Positions 52,111-63,290 of a stretch of 64,000 nt of DNA are shown here, in pieces. The notes under the pieces are model-generated. The model was not told the DNA's origin and did not search any database. It saw only the letters and a program-made list of their open reading frames with translations. The DNA is from Octopus sinensis (lineage: Eukaryota), in assembly GCF_006345805.1 (NCBI RefSeq), contig NC_042999.1, forward strand, positions 23,808,001 through 23,872,000. Direction: 5' to 3'. Within the stretch, counting starts at the first letter, position 1; each line of letters begins with the position of its first letter. The translations under genes and the position numbers were made by a program.

Positions 52111-52967
52111 AAATATTAGGGAAAAAATCCAAACTTACAGGGAAAAATCAGATTTAGGATTAAATCCAATTTTATAGTATAAATATATTATATTGTATTA
52201 GAGATATTGTATTAGAGATAAAACTACTATTAGGCAAATCAAACATTTAAAGACATAAGCCAATACATAAAATTAATTAATTTATATTATTTTAAATATA
52301 TATCAAAAGTATTAAAAGTTTAATAAAAGATAAGAGTAAAAAACTACGATCGTTTCATGGCTGTACAATTCGTAATAATTCGAGTTATGGTTACAGTCAA
52401 TCTTCAGGTTAATTGAAATATCTAAAATATAATTTGGTCGGCCCGAGGCTATAGTAGAAGACACTTACCCAAGGTGCCACGCAGTGGGACCGCACCGGAA
52501 CCATGTGTTTCGTAAGCAAGCTAATTACCACACAGCCACTCCTACGCCTGGTATACTCTCTCTTTTACTCTTTTACTTGTTTCAGTCATTTGACTGCGGC
52601 CATGCTGGAGCACCGCCTTTAGTCGAGCAAACCGACCCCGGGACTTATTCTTTTGTAAGCCCAGTACTTATTCTATCGGTCTCTTTTGCCGAACCGCTAA
52701 GTGACGGGGACGTAAACACACCAGCATCGGTTGTCAAGCAATGCTAGGGGGACAAACACAGACACACAAACACACACATACATATATATACATATATAGA
52801 TATATACGACAGGCTTCTTTCAGTTTCCGTCTACCAAATCCACTCACAAGGCATTGGTCGGCCCGGGGCTATAGCAGAAGACACTTGCCCAAGATGCCAC
52901 GCAGTGGGACTGAACCCGGAACCATGTGCTTGGTTAGCAAGCTACTTACTACACAGCCACTCCTGCG

Positions 52968-53054
<87 letters not shown>

Positions 53055-56000
53055 AAATATTAGGGAAAAAATCCAAACTTACAGGGAAAAATCAGATTTA
53101 GGATTAAATCCAATTTTATAGTATAAATATATTATATTGTATTAGAGATATTGTATTAGAGATAAAACTACTATTAGGCAAATCAAACATTTAAAGACAT
53201 AAGCCAATACATAAAATTAATTAATTTATATTATTTTAAATATATATCAAAAGTATTAAAAGTTTAATAAAAGATAAGAGTAAAAAACTACGATCGTTTC
53301 ATGGCTGTACAATTCGTAATAATTCGAGTTATGGTTACAGTCAATCTTCAGGTTAATTGAAATATCTAAAATATAATTTGGTCGGCCCGAGGCTATAGTA
53401 GAAGACACTTACCCAAGGTGCCACGCAGTGGGACCGCACCCGGAACCATGTGTTTCGTAAGCAAGCTAATTACCACGCAGCCACTCCTATATATATGTGT
53501 GTGTGGGGGGGGTCTTCGTATCTGTGTTTGTCTCCCACTACCGCTTGACGACCGGTGTTTGTGTGTCTACATGCCCGCAACTTAAAAAGAGTCCAGTAAA
53601 ATAAAAGAGAGAAAACATATACGCGCGTCGATTCATTCGACTAAAAATTCTTCAAGGCGGTGCCCCAGAATGTCTGCAGAGTAACGACTGAAACGGGTAA
53701 GGGAGCAATAAATTTAGAGAGCAACAAGTGAATGAGATGATGCCCAACTAAGACAATTAACGAAGTAATACATTTTATATTTTTTAACTCTTGATGCAAT
53801 CCTAAAATGTGAATGTATAGATGAATAAATGAACGAAAGTACAAAATAAGTAAAATGCATGCACATAGGCGCAGGAGTGGCTGTGTGGTAAGTAGCTTGC
53901 TTACCAACAACATGGTTCCGGGTTCAGTCCCACTGCGTGGCACCTTGGGCAAGTGTCTTCTACTATTGCCTCGGGCCGACCAAAGCCTTGTGAGTGGATT
54001 TGGTAGACGGAAACTGGAAGAAGCCCGTCGTATATCTCTCTATATATAAACGGCAGTTTGTCTGTGCGTGTTTCTGTGTGTCTGTTTGCTTGTACCCTCA
54101 CTCTGACCACGGCTTTCAACCGATTCTGATGAAACTTGACACACACATAGCCCAATGTCATAATTCAAAACTAACGCAGCGAAAATTTTGAAAAGTTCCC
54201 CCAGTTCTGAAAAAAATCGATAAATTCGACATGGGGTCGAGAATCAAAAAAAAACAAACCACAGACTGTCTAGGGGACGCAACTCAACCTTTTTTTACTC
54301 TCAAAAAAAATTTACCATCATTTTTTTGCTATTTTTTGGCTATAACTCTCTAAAAATGCTTTATAGTTATTTCCCTTACAAACCCGAGCAACCCCGGGCG
54401 ATACTGCTAGTATGTATATATATATATGTGTGAGTGCGCGTGTGCGTTTGTGTGTCTGTGTTTGTCCCCCTAGCATTGCTTGACAACCGATGCGGGTGTG
54501 TTTACGTCCTCGTCGCTTAGCGGTTCGGCAAAAGAGACCGATAGAATAAGTACTAGGCTTACAAAGAATAAGTCCCGGGGTCGATTTGCTCGACTAAAGG
54601 CGGTGCTCCAGCATGGCCGCAGTCAACTGACTGAAACAAGTAAAAGAGTAACAGAGAGAGAGAGAGAGAGAGAGTATGTATAAATATTAGCAATACACGT
54701 TCCTTTACATTCTTCTTTTGCTTCAGTTGTAAATCGACTCCTGCGAACTACAATTGTGAAACGAACGAAACCGCGATGTGTGATGTCATTATTAACGGAA
54801 AGGCATTTCAGAAATGTGTTGAAATACTAGGCTCTACGCAGGCTAAACAGTTTATCGATTCATGTAGAATAGACGTCTGTTCACATAAAAACGACGAAGA
54901 TAACGTGCAAAAGGCTTTCTGTCAAATACTTGAAGGATTTGCCAGTCAGTGCGAAAATGCTGGAGTTATTGTGGACTGGAGAAAAGAAGTCAGCTGTCGT
55001 AAGTTTTAATAACAATTTACTTTTTCTATCAAACCACATATATTCCCTTTCGGATTTTTTCGGTTTGAACGGCAGTTTTTAACATAATTTCTAGGTAACT
55101 AAAAAAATTTCAACTTCGTATACTGGTAGAATGTGTTTATAAAACATCTTTTTCTCTTGGTTTTATTGAGACAATTCTATAGTTTCTAAGATATTCGTTA
55201 TTTTTTTTTCTTCAATTTCTGCAATTTCAACCAGTCAATGACCTCCTTTGAGGTAAAAAAAAACATTCTGTGTCGTATGAATATGTCCCTCGTTTAAGAA
55301 ACAGATTGGGTTTATTTACATTTGTGAAGAAAAAAAGATGCCATTCTCTCCACCCCTAATCCTAACTGACCCTAACCCTAAAATAGATTGAAATGCAATA
55401 GATCGATACTAGGGTCATAATTATGGGTGACAATTTCATATGACACCGCTAGAAAAAACTGCCGTTCAAACCGAAAAGATCCTCCCTTTCTTTATAATAT
55501 AAAAAAAATATCTTACTTTGAAAGTAAATATCTTACTTTGAAAGAATAATACATACGATAAATATCAATAAATATCATAGGAAATCTTATTCCTTACTTC
55601 TCATATTCCAAAGAAGAGTGCGGATGACCAAGTGGATGAAGGACCAGTCTAGAGTTTTGAATCCTGTAACTGACAGTATGTTGTTCATGGGTAAGATGGT
55701 GCCTAGATGTAGGCGCAGTATAGCCGAATGGTTAAGAACTATGTTTCGCAACTAATAGGGCTTGGGTTCGATCCCACTGCATGGCATCTTGAGAAAATCT
55801 TTTCTATTATCTCGGTTCGACTTAAACGTTGTGACGGAAATTTCGGGCAGATGGAAGCTGTACAGAAGTCTGCCGTGTGTACTGTACCTGTAATTAAAAA
55901 ATAAAAAAAAAACCGGTGGCATTGTCACACACCGTGTCATTATCATGCACTGTGTCAATTCCCTCTACATGAGAATTATACACATCTATGAAATGTGTGG

Positions 56001-59000
56001 CTACTTTTACGTCAATTTAGGAGCTAGTGATTTAGATAATCGAACAATTGAATCCTCATCGTTGAATGACGGAGATCCAACACTAACGACTCACCATCAC
56101 CACTAACACCACCACCACCACCGCACTGCATAAAACGAGCCATTCTAGACTCTATGCAGCGACGTCGTGATAAAATCTTGTATCCTTTTGTACTACTAAT
56201 ATCTGTAGCTGTATAACTTAGACATACATAGACAAGAAAAAAAAAAGCATTTCGTTTTTGGGTTTGGTTTGCAAGATTCTTTATGTGAGTCCGTGTGTTG
56301 AAGCATATTCTGTTGTATCTGGGGTGAGTCATTTTCTTTTTGTGCCTTATAATCTAACACACTCACAAGACTATTGAAAAGGCTGCAAGACGTAACGAAA
56401 ATTTTAGGAAAATAAAAATAAGAAATAAGTGGAAATATTGATTTCTTAACTACCCACAACGGGCTAAACACAGAGGGGACAAACGAGGACAGACAAAGGG
56501 ATTAAGTCGATTACATCGACCCCAGTACGCAACTGGTACTTAATTTATCGACCCCGAAAGGATGAAAGGCAAAGTCGACCTCGGCGGAATTTGAACTCGG
56601 AACGTAACGACAGACGAAATACGGCTACGCATTTCGCCCGGCGTGCTAACGTTTCTGCCAGCTCGCCGCCTTTAAGTGGAAATTTTGCCGGTGAGTGTGT
56701 TAATTTATAAGGCACAAAAAGAAAATGACTCTCCCCAGATACAACAAAAAAAAAACATGCTTAGTGAAAAACCTTGTGGTAACATATTTCCTTTATAGTA
56801 GTTAGAAGGCAACATTTTATAAAGGGAGAGTTTAATAGATTGAAACGAACCTCAGAAAGTAATTGTAATAATTATTTTTTTACTTGCGATTAAGAATGTA
56901 GAGAAAAATAGCCTAAGTCATCCCCAAATACTCTTTACTCTTTTACTTGTTCCAGTCATGTGACTATGGCCATGCTGGAGCACAGCCTTTAGTCGAGCAA
57001 ATCGACCCTAGGACTTATTCTTTGTAAGCCTAGTACTTATTCTATCGGTCCCTTTTGCCGAACCGCTAAGTTACGGGGACGTAAATACACCAGCATCGGT
57101 TGTCAAGCGATGTTGGTGGGGACAAACACAGAAACACAAACACACATACACATACATATACATATACATATTATACGATGGGCTTCTTTCTGCTCCGTCT
57201 ACCTCCGTTGGGGAGGGGTGGGGACAGACACAAACACATAAACATATACACACACATACATATATATATATATATAGATGTATACGACGGGCTTCTTTCA
57301 GTTTCCGTCTACCAAATCCACTCACAAGGCTTTGGTTGGCCCGAGGCTATAATAGAAGACACTTGCCCAAGGTGCCACGCAGTGGGACTGAGCCTGGAAA
57401 CACGTGGTTCGTAATCACGCTACTTACCATACAGCCACTCCTACGCCTATTGTTTAATTTATGTATAAGTTACTTCTATTTTCAATCCGGTTATCCATTA
57501 GGTTAGCTACCCGGTTAGACTGCGAGCTGGCAGAAATGTTAAGCACGCCGTGCGAAATGCGTAGCCGTATTTCGTCTGCTGTTACGTTCTGAGTTCAAAT
57601 TCCACCGAGGTCAGCTTTACCTTTCATCCTTTCGGGGTCGATAAATTAAGTACCAGTTACGCACTGGGGTCGATACAATCGACTTAATCCGTTTGTCTGT
57701 CCTTGTTTGTCCTCTCTGTGTTTAGCCCCTTGTGGGTAGTAAAGAAATAGGTTAGCTACCCGGTTTCCATGTAGTATAAGCAATCGAGAGCCAACCGTTT
57801 CTCCATTTATTGGGGTGCTGGCCCACAAAAAAGGTTGCTCGTTTACAGCTGCATGGACTGGAGCAACGTAAAGTGAGGTCCTTTGTTCAAGAACACAACG
57901 TACCACTCGGTCCGGGAATTGAAACCACGACCTTACTCCATGATATTACTCTACGATCTTACTATATTGAGTGCAAGATTCTGGTCACTACACCATGTAG
58001 CTCACTGAGTTTTTGATGTAGAACAGTATGACGACAGCCATTTCATTTTGAAAACGCCGAAACTCAAACCCAAAGGTTGTTAAATATTTGTCAGTAAGGT
58101 CTTATTGATAATGACATCCCGTTTTCCCACCTGTAGGATTCTCAGTCTGTAAACAATAGATGAGGCATGGCTCTAACGTGCTCGCAGAAAAATGTAGGTA
58201 TTAACTCTCGTAAAAGTCTTATATTCCTGTGCTATGTATATAAATACGTGAGGATATGAAATTTTCTCTCTACGTGCGAGCACATACGCATTATACCATA
58301 AATGTAGTGTCATAATGGCCAATATATATTGGCCCATTATGAAGAGTGGAGAGGTAAATTATCCAAAAATGGTGAGCTAACTCCAGCTAGAATCGAACCC
58401 ACAAATGAATGCTTCTTGCATATTCGATTAAGCCAGAACATTCACCAATAAATTTAATTCAAATTTAATGTATAGAAACCTAACAATTAAGAACTACATA
58501 TCATATTTGTAAACAAACCCGGAAGCTTGATAAGTTACGGAGATAAATGACTACTAAAGATACGTTTCTATAGATTAAATTTGACTGAAATTTATGGGTG
58601 AGTACTCTGGCTAAATCGAATGCGCAAGGAGCCGTGTAAGCATTGATTTGTGGGTTTGATTCCAGATGGAGTTAGCTTTAAATCGGAGTATTATTGTGAT
58701 ACATTATTGTATAAAGAATAACTTTAGTAGTCTTGTGAGTAGATTTGATAGACGGAAACTGAAAGAAGCCCGTCATATATACATATATATGTATGTGTGT
58801 GTGTGTGACTTTGTGTTTGTCCCCACATCACCGTTTGAAATTAGTACTGGTGTGTTTACGTTCCCGTAACTTAGCGGTTCAACAAAAGAGTTTTATAGAC
58901 TAAGTACTAGGCTTAAAAAATAAGTCCTGGGGGTCATTTTGTTCGACTAAATTCCCACAAGGTGATGATCCAGCATGGCCGCAGTCAAATGACTGAAAAA

Positions 59001-59308
59001 AGTAAAAAAAGAAATATCTGTGTGTGTGTGTGTGTGCGCGTGCGTGTATTCATTTATTCTTTTACTGGTTTCAGTAATTTGACTGCGGCCATGCTAGAGC
59101 ACCGTCTTAAATATTTTTTTAGTCGAAGAAATAGACCTCAGAACGTATTATTTGTAAGCCTAGTACTTATTCTATCATTCTTTTTTGTCGAACCGTTAGG
59201 TTACGGGGAGATAAACACACCAACATCGGTTGTCAAGCAATGGTGGTGGTGGGGGGTGTGGCAAAGACAGGCAGAGAGAGACACACACACACAATCACTC
59301 ACACACAC

Positions 59309-59354
<46 letters not shown>

Positions 59355-61933
59355 ACATATACATATGTTCGGCCCGAGGCAATAGTAGAAAACTCTTGCC
59401 CAAAGTACCATACAGTGGGACTGAACCCGGAACTATGTGGCTGGGAGGCAAGTTTTTTTTACCATACAGCCACGATGTATGTATAATGTGTGTGTATTGA
59501 TATGATTAGATCTATTGAAACTTTTTAACTATTTCTCATTTCTTTGATATTCAGCAAAATTTTGTCCGAGTTTCCAAGAATACAGATACAACACATCTAC
59601 ATGTCAACCTACATGCTTGAATTTGAAGCCAGTTTGTATGACTCGTACTGAAGGATGTATTTGTCAGCCGGGTTATGTTCTGAGCGGAAATGAATGCGTC
59701 AGTCCATCAAAATGTGGCTGCAGGAATGCTAACTTTTATATGACAGTAAGTACTTTCAGTTCTAAAATCATCGACAGAATTCAGGGTGGTAATTAGCAAG
59801 GACAGGGGATTGGTAGGATCGGTGGGGCTTTGGACAAAATGTCTTATAGTATTTAGCACTGTATCTCTATGTTCTGGTATCTAATGCCATCGAAGTTAAA
59901 ATTGCTTCGACCATCATCACCACCGCCATCACTCTCACCACCTAAATCACTTCCCCACTACCACACATTCTACGACCAACACCACCACGACAATCGCCGA
60001 GAATAAATATTTAATACGCCTAATATTTTCGATTAAGAACACTTATTAAAAAAATCATACGAAACAAGTACAAGATGTAATTTACGACTCCATTCCCTTT
60101 GTGGGTTAAATCCATATGGACATTTGACTTACACATATATAAATGTTGTGGCTGTGGATGTCGTCCCATCGGCTGTCAGTGTCTGGGTGGGATGATATGT
60201 GTGAGATGAAAAATTGGACCGAGTCCTCTAATTTACGATGGTGTCTATAAAAACTGGTTATATATTTAGTAGCCACGGCAACTCTTTCGTGTCTTGTCTG
60301 TTAACTGTAGGCCTGGTATTTTTTCCTCAGAAGCGTCTTTTATCTGTAGGTTACCGATATTACGATTTATGGTTTTAATTTTAATTACGATATCTTTGTT
60401 CATGCTGCAGTGTTGTCTTAGATGCTTTTGAATATATGCTTTGTATGAGAGGAGATGCTCTTTCATTCGGACGTGTAATGGCCGAATCACACTTCTAATA
60501 TTACATTTGTTGGATATAGTGCATAGGATCTGATATACGGTGTAAATATACAAGTATGTTTCTGTGTTCCAGATGAGGAAGTTGCTACTGCGCATGGCTT
60601 CTGTCATTGAGGAACCGTTTCTTCCATACATATTCCCGTTGCGATGGGGGCTGACAATATCTGCTGTATATCTAACCCTTTTTTAACAATGATCTTGAGG
60701 ATAATATGGTAGTTTAATGAAACATATTTTGGAAGAGGTCTAACGTTCCTTAAGTTTGACACCTTAAAATTGACTGGTAACAAATATTAAATATACATCA
60801 ACTTCTAGAACGTTTTCGAACTGTACGTTATATATCATCTGTCTCAATGCATCTGTACAACCTAACATGGGTCAGTCTGTTTCGTTTACACCAACCTTGG
60901 CATTGTTAGGTAAGGCTGATCTTTAGCGAGTAAAGAAAAATATTTGAAGACGGCTTTCTTGATGAACCTAGTGTTGATGCTATCGCCTTCTATAATTTTG
61001 AACTGGAAGACGAGTAGAGGGAAGGGTCCAATATGGTTGATTTTTTTCAATGCTGAGATTTATGTGGTTATCTATGCTTGAAAGCGTTACAGATATGCAC
61101 CAGCTTCTCTTTCTCTCTCATAAAGACATATACTGCTTATAATTAAACAAATAATAATAAATCTCTGAACGAGGTATAAACAGATTGGGACCCCTTCGCA
61201 TCGAAGACCGGTGATTGTCGTGCGCTGACGACGGGTAAATATTCAGAAACCCGGGTCCGTGTGTATCACGTCAGGTCGACGATGGGAAGGATGGCTTCCC
61301 TTTGCAAATACTGATAGGGCACAGAAAGTGTGTCAATAGCCAGCTGGAGAAGATGTTCTCCTGGGGCTACAAGCTACAGTAGCATCCACCCATAGTGGTT
61401 AGTCACATTTAAGTGGCAAATATACTTCACAAATTAAAAAAAAATTTTACAACTTAAGGGACTTTCTACATGATCGCTCGCCCTGATATAATACAGTATT
61501 ATAAATGTGCACATCGGATAATGTAATTCTAGGTGTCACTAGAAAGAGAGGCTGATAAGGTATTAGATCAGAGATCAACTCAATCAGGGTTCTCCTCGCG
61601 ATATGCTACGATAGAACTTATTGCAAGCACACTAATTCCTTGTTAACGTACACTCATTTGTATTTAGAACAAAGATCTGAAATTTTACTGTATCATTACC
61701 TGGCAAAGATGAATAAGCGATATTTTAATTTTGCTTTTTCAACAATATTTAGCTTAAAGAAGAAATCTACAGTACCGACTGCAATACAAAATATGTATGC
61801 TTGGGAAGGAATGAGGTACAAAAACGACCAGCAGCCTGTCAAGAAAATAGTCATTGTACACTTGAAAATAACAAGCGAATGTGTACTTGTGATAATGGTT
61901 ATATAATGAGTGAAGGAAAATGTATTAAAGAAG
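41703..61933 (+). CDS. Gene B: intact partial FCGBP/zonadhesin-like gene, exons 41703-41886, 46735-46845, 48932-49185, 50153-50460, 54727-54998, 59555-59745 and 61753-61933; incomplete at both ends
   Basis: Seven GT-AG exons, phases 0/1/1/0/2/1/0/1, 1501 nt with no stop codon: TILa, EGF, VWD (2 exons), C8, TIL, TILa. Confidence 0.88.
42660..43510 (+). mobile_element. CR1/L2-group LINE RT fragment, degenerate, interrupted at about 42835-43060
   Basis: [36 protein letters not shown]; the catalytic motif has decayed to FTHD. Confidence 0.8.
43511..44405 (-). mobile_element. Two head-to-tail non-autonomous Helitrons (43511-43899 and 43900-44405)
   Basis: Each has 5' TC, 3' CTAG and a subterminal hairpin CCCGAGCAACGCCGGG; the outer junctions are A|TC and CTAG|T. 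Confidence 0.78.
45150..45385 (+). mobile_element. SINE family B, full length; other copies at about 23760, 26460, 28980, 42050, 47510, 47660, 56440, 57520 and 63600
   Basis: Head AAGGCGGCGAGCTGGCAGAAAC, GAGTTCAAATTCC box and conserved GACTTTGCCTTTCATCCTTTCGGGGTCGATAA core. Confidence 0.85.
45925..46353. repeat. Near-perfect inverted repeat of about 99 bp around a 231-bp spacer
   Basis: 45925-46023 versus 46255-46353. Confidence 0.92.
46140..46182 (+). ncRNA. Minimal hammerhead-like motif with a mutated core
   Basis: CGCCCG-TTGACAA-GGGA-gaaaaa-TCCC-GAAAC-ta-GTC-CGAGCG. Confidence 0.55.
46735..46845 (+). CDS. Gene B EGF exon
   Basis: (V)[36 protein letters not shown]; 111 nt, phase 1 to phase 1. 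Confidence 0.92.
48350..48720 (-). mobile_element. CR1/L2-group LINE 3' end
   Basis: ORF 48427..48672 ([15 protein letters not shown]...[16 protein letters not shown]), followed by a SINE-like tail. Confidence 0.78.
48932..49185 (+). CDS. Gene B VWD exon 1
   Basis: [18 protein letters not shown]...[26 protein letters not shown]...ANRIL|GTAATG. Confidence 0.92.
49200..49430. repeat. Compound (TGT)n/(TCT)n microsatellite in three blocks
   Basis: Direct reading. Confidence 0.95.
49451..49495 (+). ncRNA. Minimal type I hammerhead motif
   Basis: CACACG-CCGATGA-tAGGT-caat-ACCTt-GAAAC-tcga-GTC-CGTGTG; perfect 6-bp helix I; core has U4 changed to C. Confidence 0.68.
50153..50460 (+). CDS. Gene B VWD exon 2
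   Basis: ORF 50153..50464 ([12 protein letters not shown]...[10 protein letters not shown]); 308 nt, donor GTAAGG. Confidence 0.93.
51497..53488. repeat. Tandem duplication of a composite unit of about 940 bp (SINE head, Penelope terminal fragment, (TA)n, SINE); two units plus a partial unit
   Basis: TTTGGTCGGCCCGAGGCTATAG recurs at about 51497, 52435 and 53379, and the units are near-identical. Confidence 0.9.
52338..52414 (-). ncRNA. Type I hammerhead-like motif; second copy at 53282-53358
   Basis: AATTAAC-CTGAAGA-TTGACTGTA...TACAGCCAT-GAAAC-gatc-GTA-GTTTTTT; canonical core, weak helix I. Confidence 0.6.
54035..54410 (+). mobile_element. Non-autonomous Helitron inserted in a family A SINE (53868-54650)
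   Basis: A|TC start, hairpin CCCGAGCAACCCCGGG, CTAG|T end; its 3' 110 bp are shared with the 43.5-kb copies. Confidence 0.78.
54727..54998 (+). CDS. Gene B C8-domain exon
   Basis: [10 protein letters not shown]...CDVII...SCRIDVCS...[26 protein letters not shown]; 272 nt, phase 2 to phase 1. Confidence 0.92.
55052..55482. mobile_element. MITE with TIRs of about 29 bp and an 8-bp TSD; Merlin-like (TIR starts GG)
   Basis: TIR GGAT(T/C)TTTTCGGTTTGAACGGCAGTTTTT; TSD TCCCTTTC at 55044-55051 and 55483-55490. Confidence 0.8.
56312..56745. mobile_element. Element with 55-bp inverted ends, containing a nested family B SINE
   Basis: 56312-56366 versus 56691-56745, 3 mismatches. Confidence 0.65.
59555..59745 (+). 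CDS. Gene B TIL exon
   Basis: [63 protein letters not shown]. Confidence 0.92.
60260..61000 (-). mobile_element. Degenerate Penelope-like fragment (GIY-YIG remnant)
   Basis: ORF 60266..60631: VYQILC...[10 protein letters not shown]. Confidence 0.55.
61220..61263 (+). ncRNA. Minimal type I hammerhead motif
   Basis: GTGCG-CTGACGA-cGGGT-aaat-ATTCa-GAAAC-ccgg-GTC-CGTGT; canonical core. Confidence 0.65.
61753..61933 (+). CDS. Gene B second TILa/EGF-like exon
   Basis: [60 protein letters not shown]|GTAAGT. Confidence 0.9.
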
Positions 61934-62520
61934 GTAAGTTATAAGATATATATGAAATGTAAAGATACGCACAGACATATATATATACACACATGCATAC
62001 ATACATAGAGTAAATTTTGACCGGCCACCTATTTGGTAGCAAGGTTGTGAAGGAAAGCATCTTGCTTTGCTCATTATCCTTTAAATCTTAAGAAGTGGAT
62101 TTTTATAGTTCCTTGATATCGGGATCGTTTGTAGTGTATGTATATATTATATTATGTGGAAGCGCAATGGCCCAGTGGTTAGGGCAGCGGACTCGCGGTC
62201 GTAGGATCGCGGTTTCGATTCTCAGACTGAGCATTGTGAGTGTTTATTGAGAGAAAACATCTAAAGTTCCACGAGGCTCCGACAGGAGGTGGTGGCGATC
62301 CCTACTGTATTCTTTCGCCACAACTTTCTCTCACTCTCTCTTCTGTTGGCCTGCTCACTTAGCCAGCGGGGTGGCGTCATTTGAAGGCTAAAACAATGCG
62401 AAACGCATTGTGACCAGCGATGTGTAGCAACATCTGATAGCCTAGTCGGTCACGGTGGTCACGGGTATGTATGTATGTATGTGTGTGTGTATGTGTGTGT
62501 GTGTGTGGTGTGTGTGTGTA

Positions 62521-62557
<37 letters not shown>

Positions 62558-62844
62558 TGAGGTACCAAGCAATTGTGCTCATTATTTATTGTTTTAATGA
62601 TTTTTGATTGCATAAAGAAAACTCTCTGCTGGTGCTGGAAAAGAAAAAAAACCAACTCTCCGGTGTTTAGCACCAGTCAGCTCAGAATGAGTAGGCTCAT
62701 GATCAAAGGCTTTCCAGAGGAGACAGTAATTATCTTTATATTCTAGAAATAGCATACACCATACTACGTCATACAACGTCTTTTTATATAAAGGATGTAG
62801 AGCGTATTTGAGGGAAGTTAGACTGTAATAGTAACATTAGCAGG

Positions 62845-62998
62845 AGTGGCTGCGTCGTAAGTAGCTTGCTTACCAGCCACATGGTTCCGGGTTCAGTCCC
62901 ACTGCGTGGCACCTTGGGCAAGTATCTTCTACTATAGCCTCGGGCCGACCTAAGTCTTGTGAGTGGATTTGGTTGACGGAAACTGAAAGAAGTCCGTC

Positions 62999-63082
<84 letters not shown>

Positions 63083-63290
63083 TTGTGTTTCTGTGTTTGT
63101 ACCCTCAACATCGCTTGACAACCGATGCTGGTGTGTTTACGTCTCCGTAACTTAGCAGTTCGGCAAAAGAGAACGATAAAATAAGTACTAGGCTTACAAA
63201 GAATAAGTCCTGGGGTCGATTTGCTCGACTAAAGGCGTTGCTCCAGCATGGCCGCAGTCAAATGACTGAAACAAGCAAAAGAGTAAAAGA
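62845..63290 (+). mobile_element. SINE family A, full length; further copies at about 47130-47505(-), 56930-57470(-), 58735-59010(+) and 59057-59472(-)
   Basis: Head, central microsatellite and tail. Confidence 0.88.
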
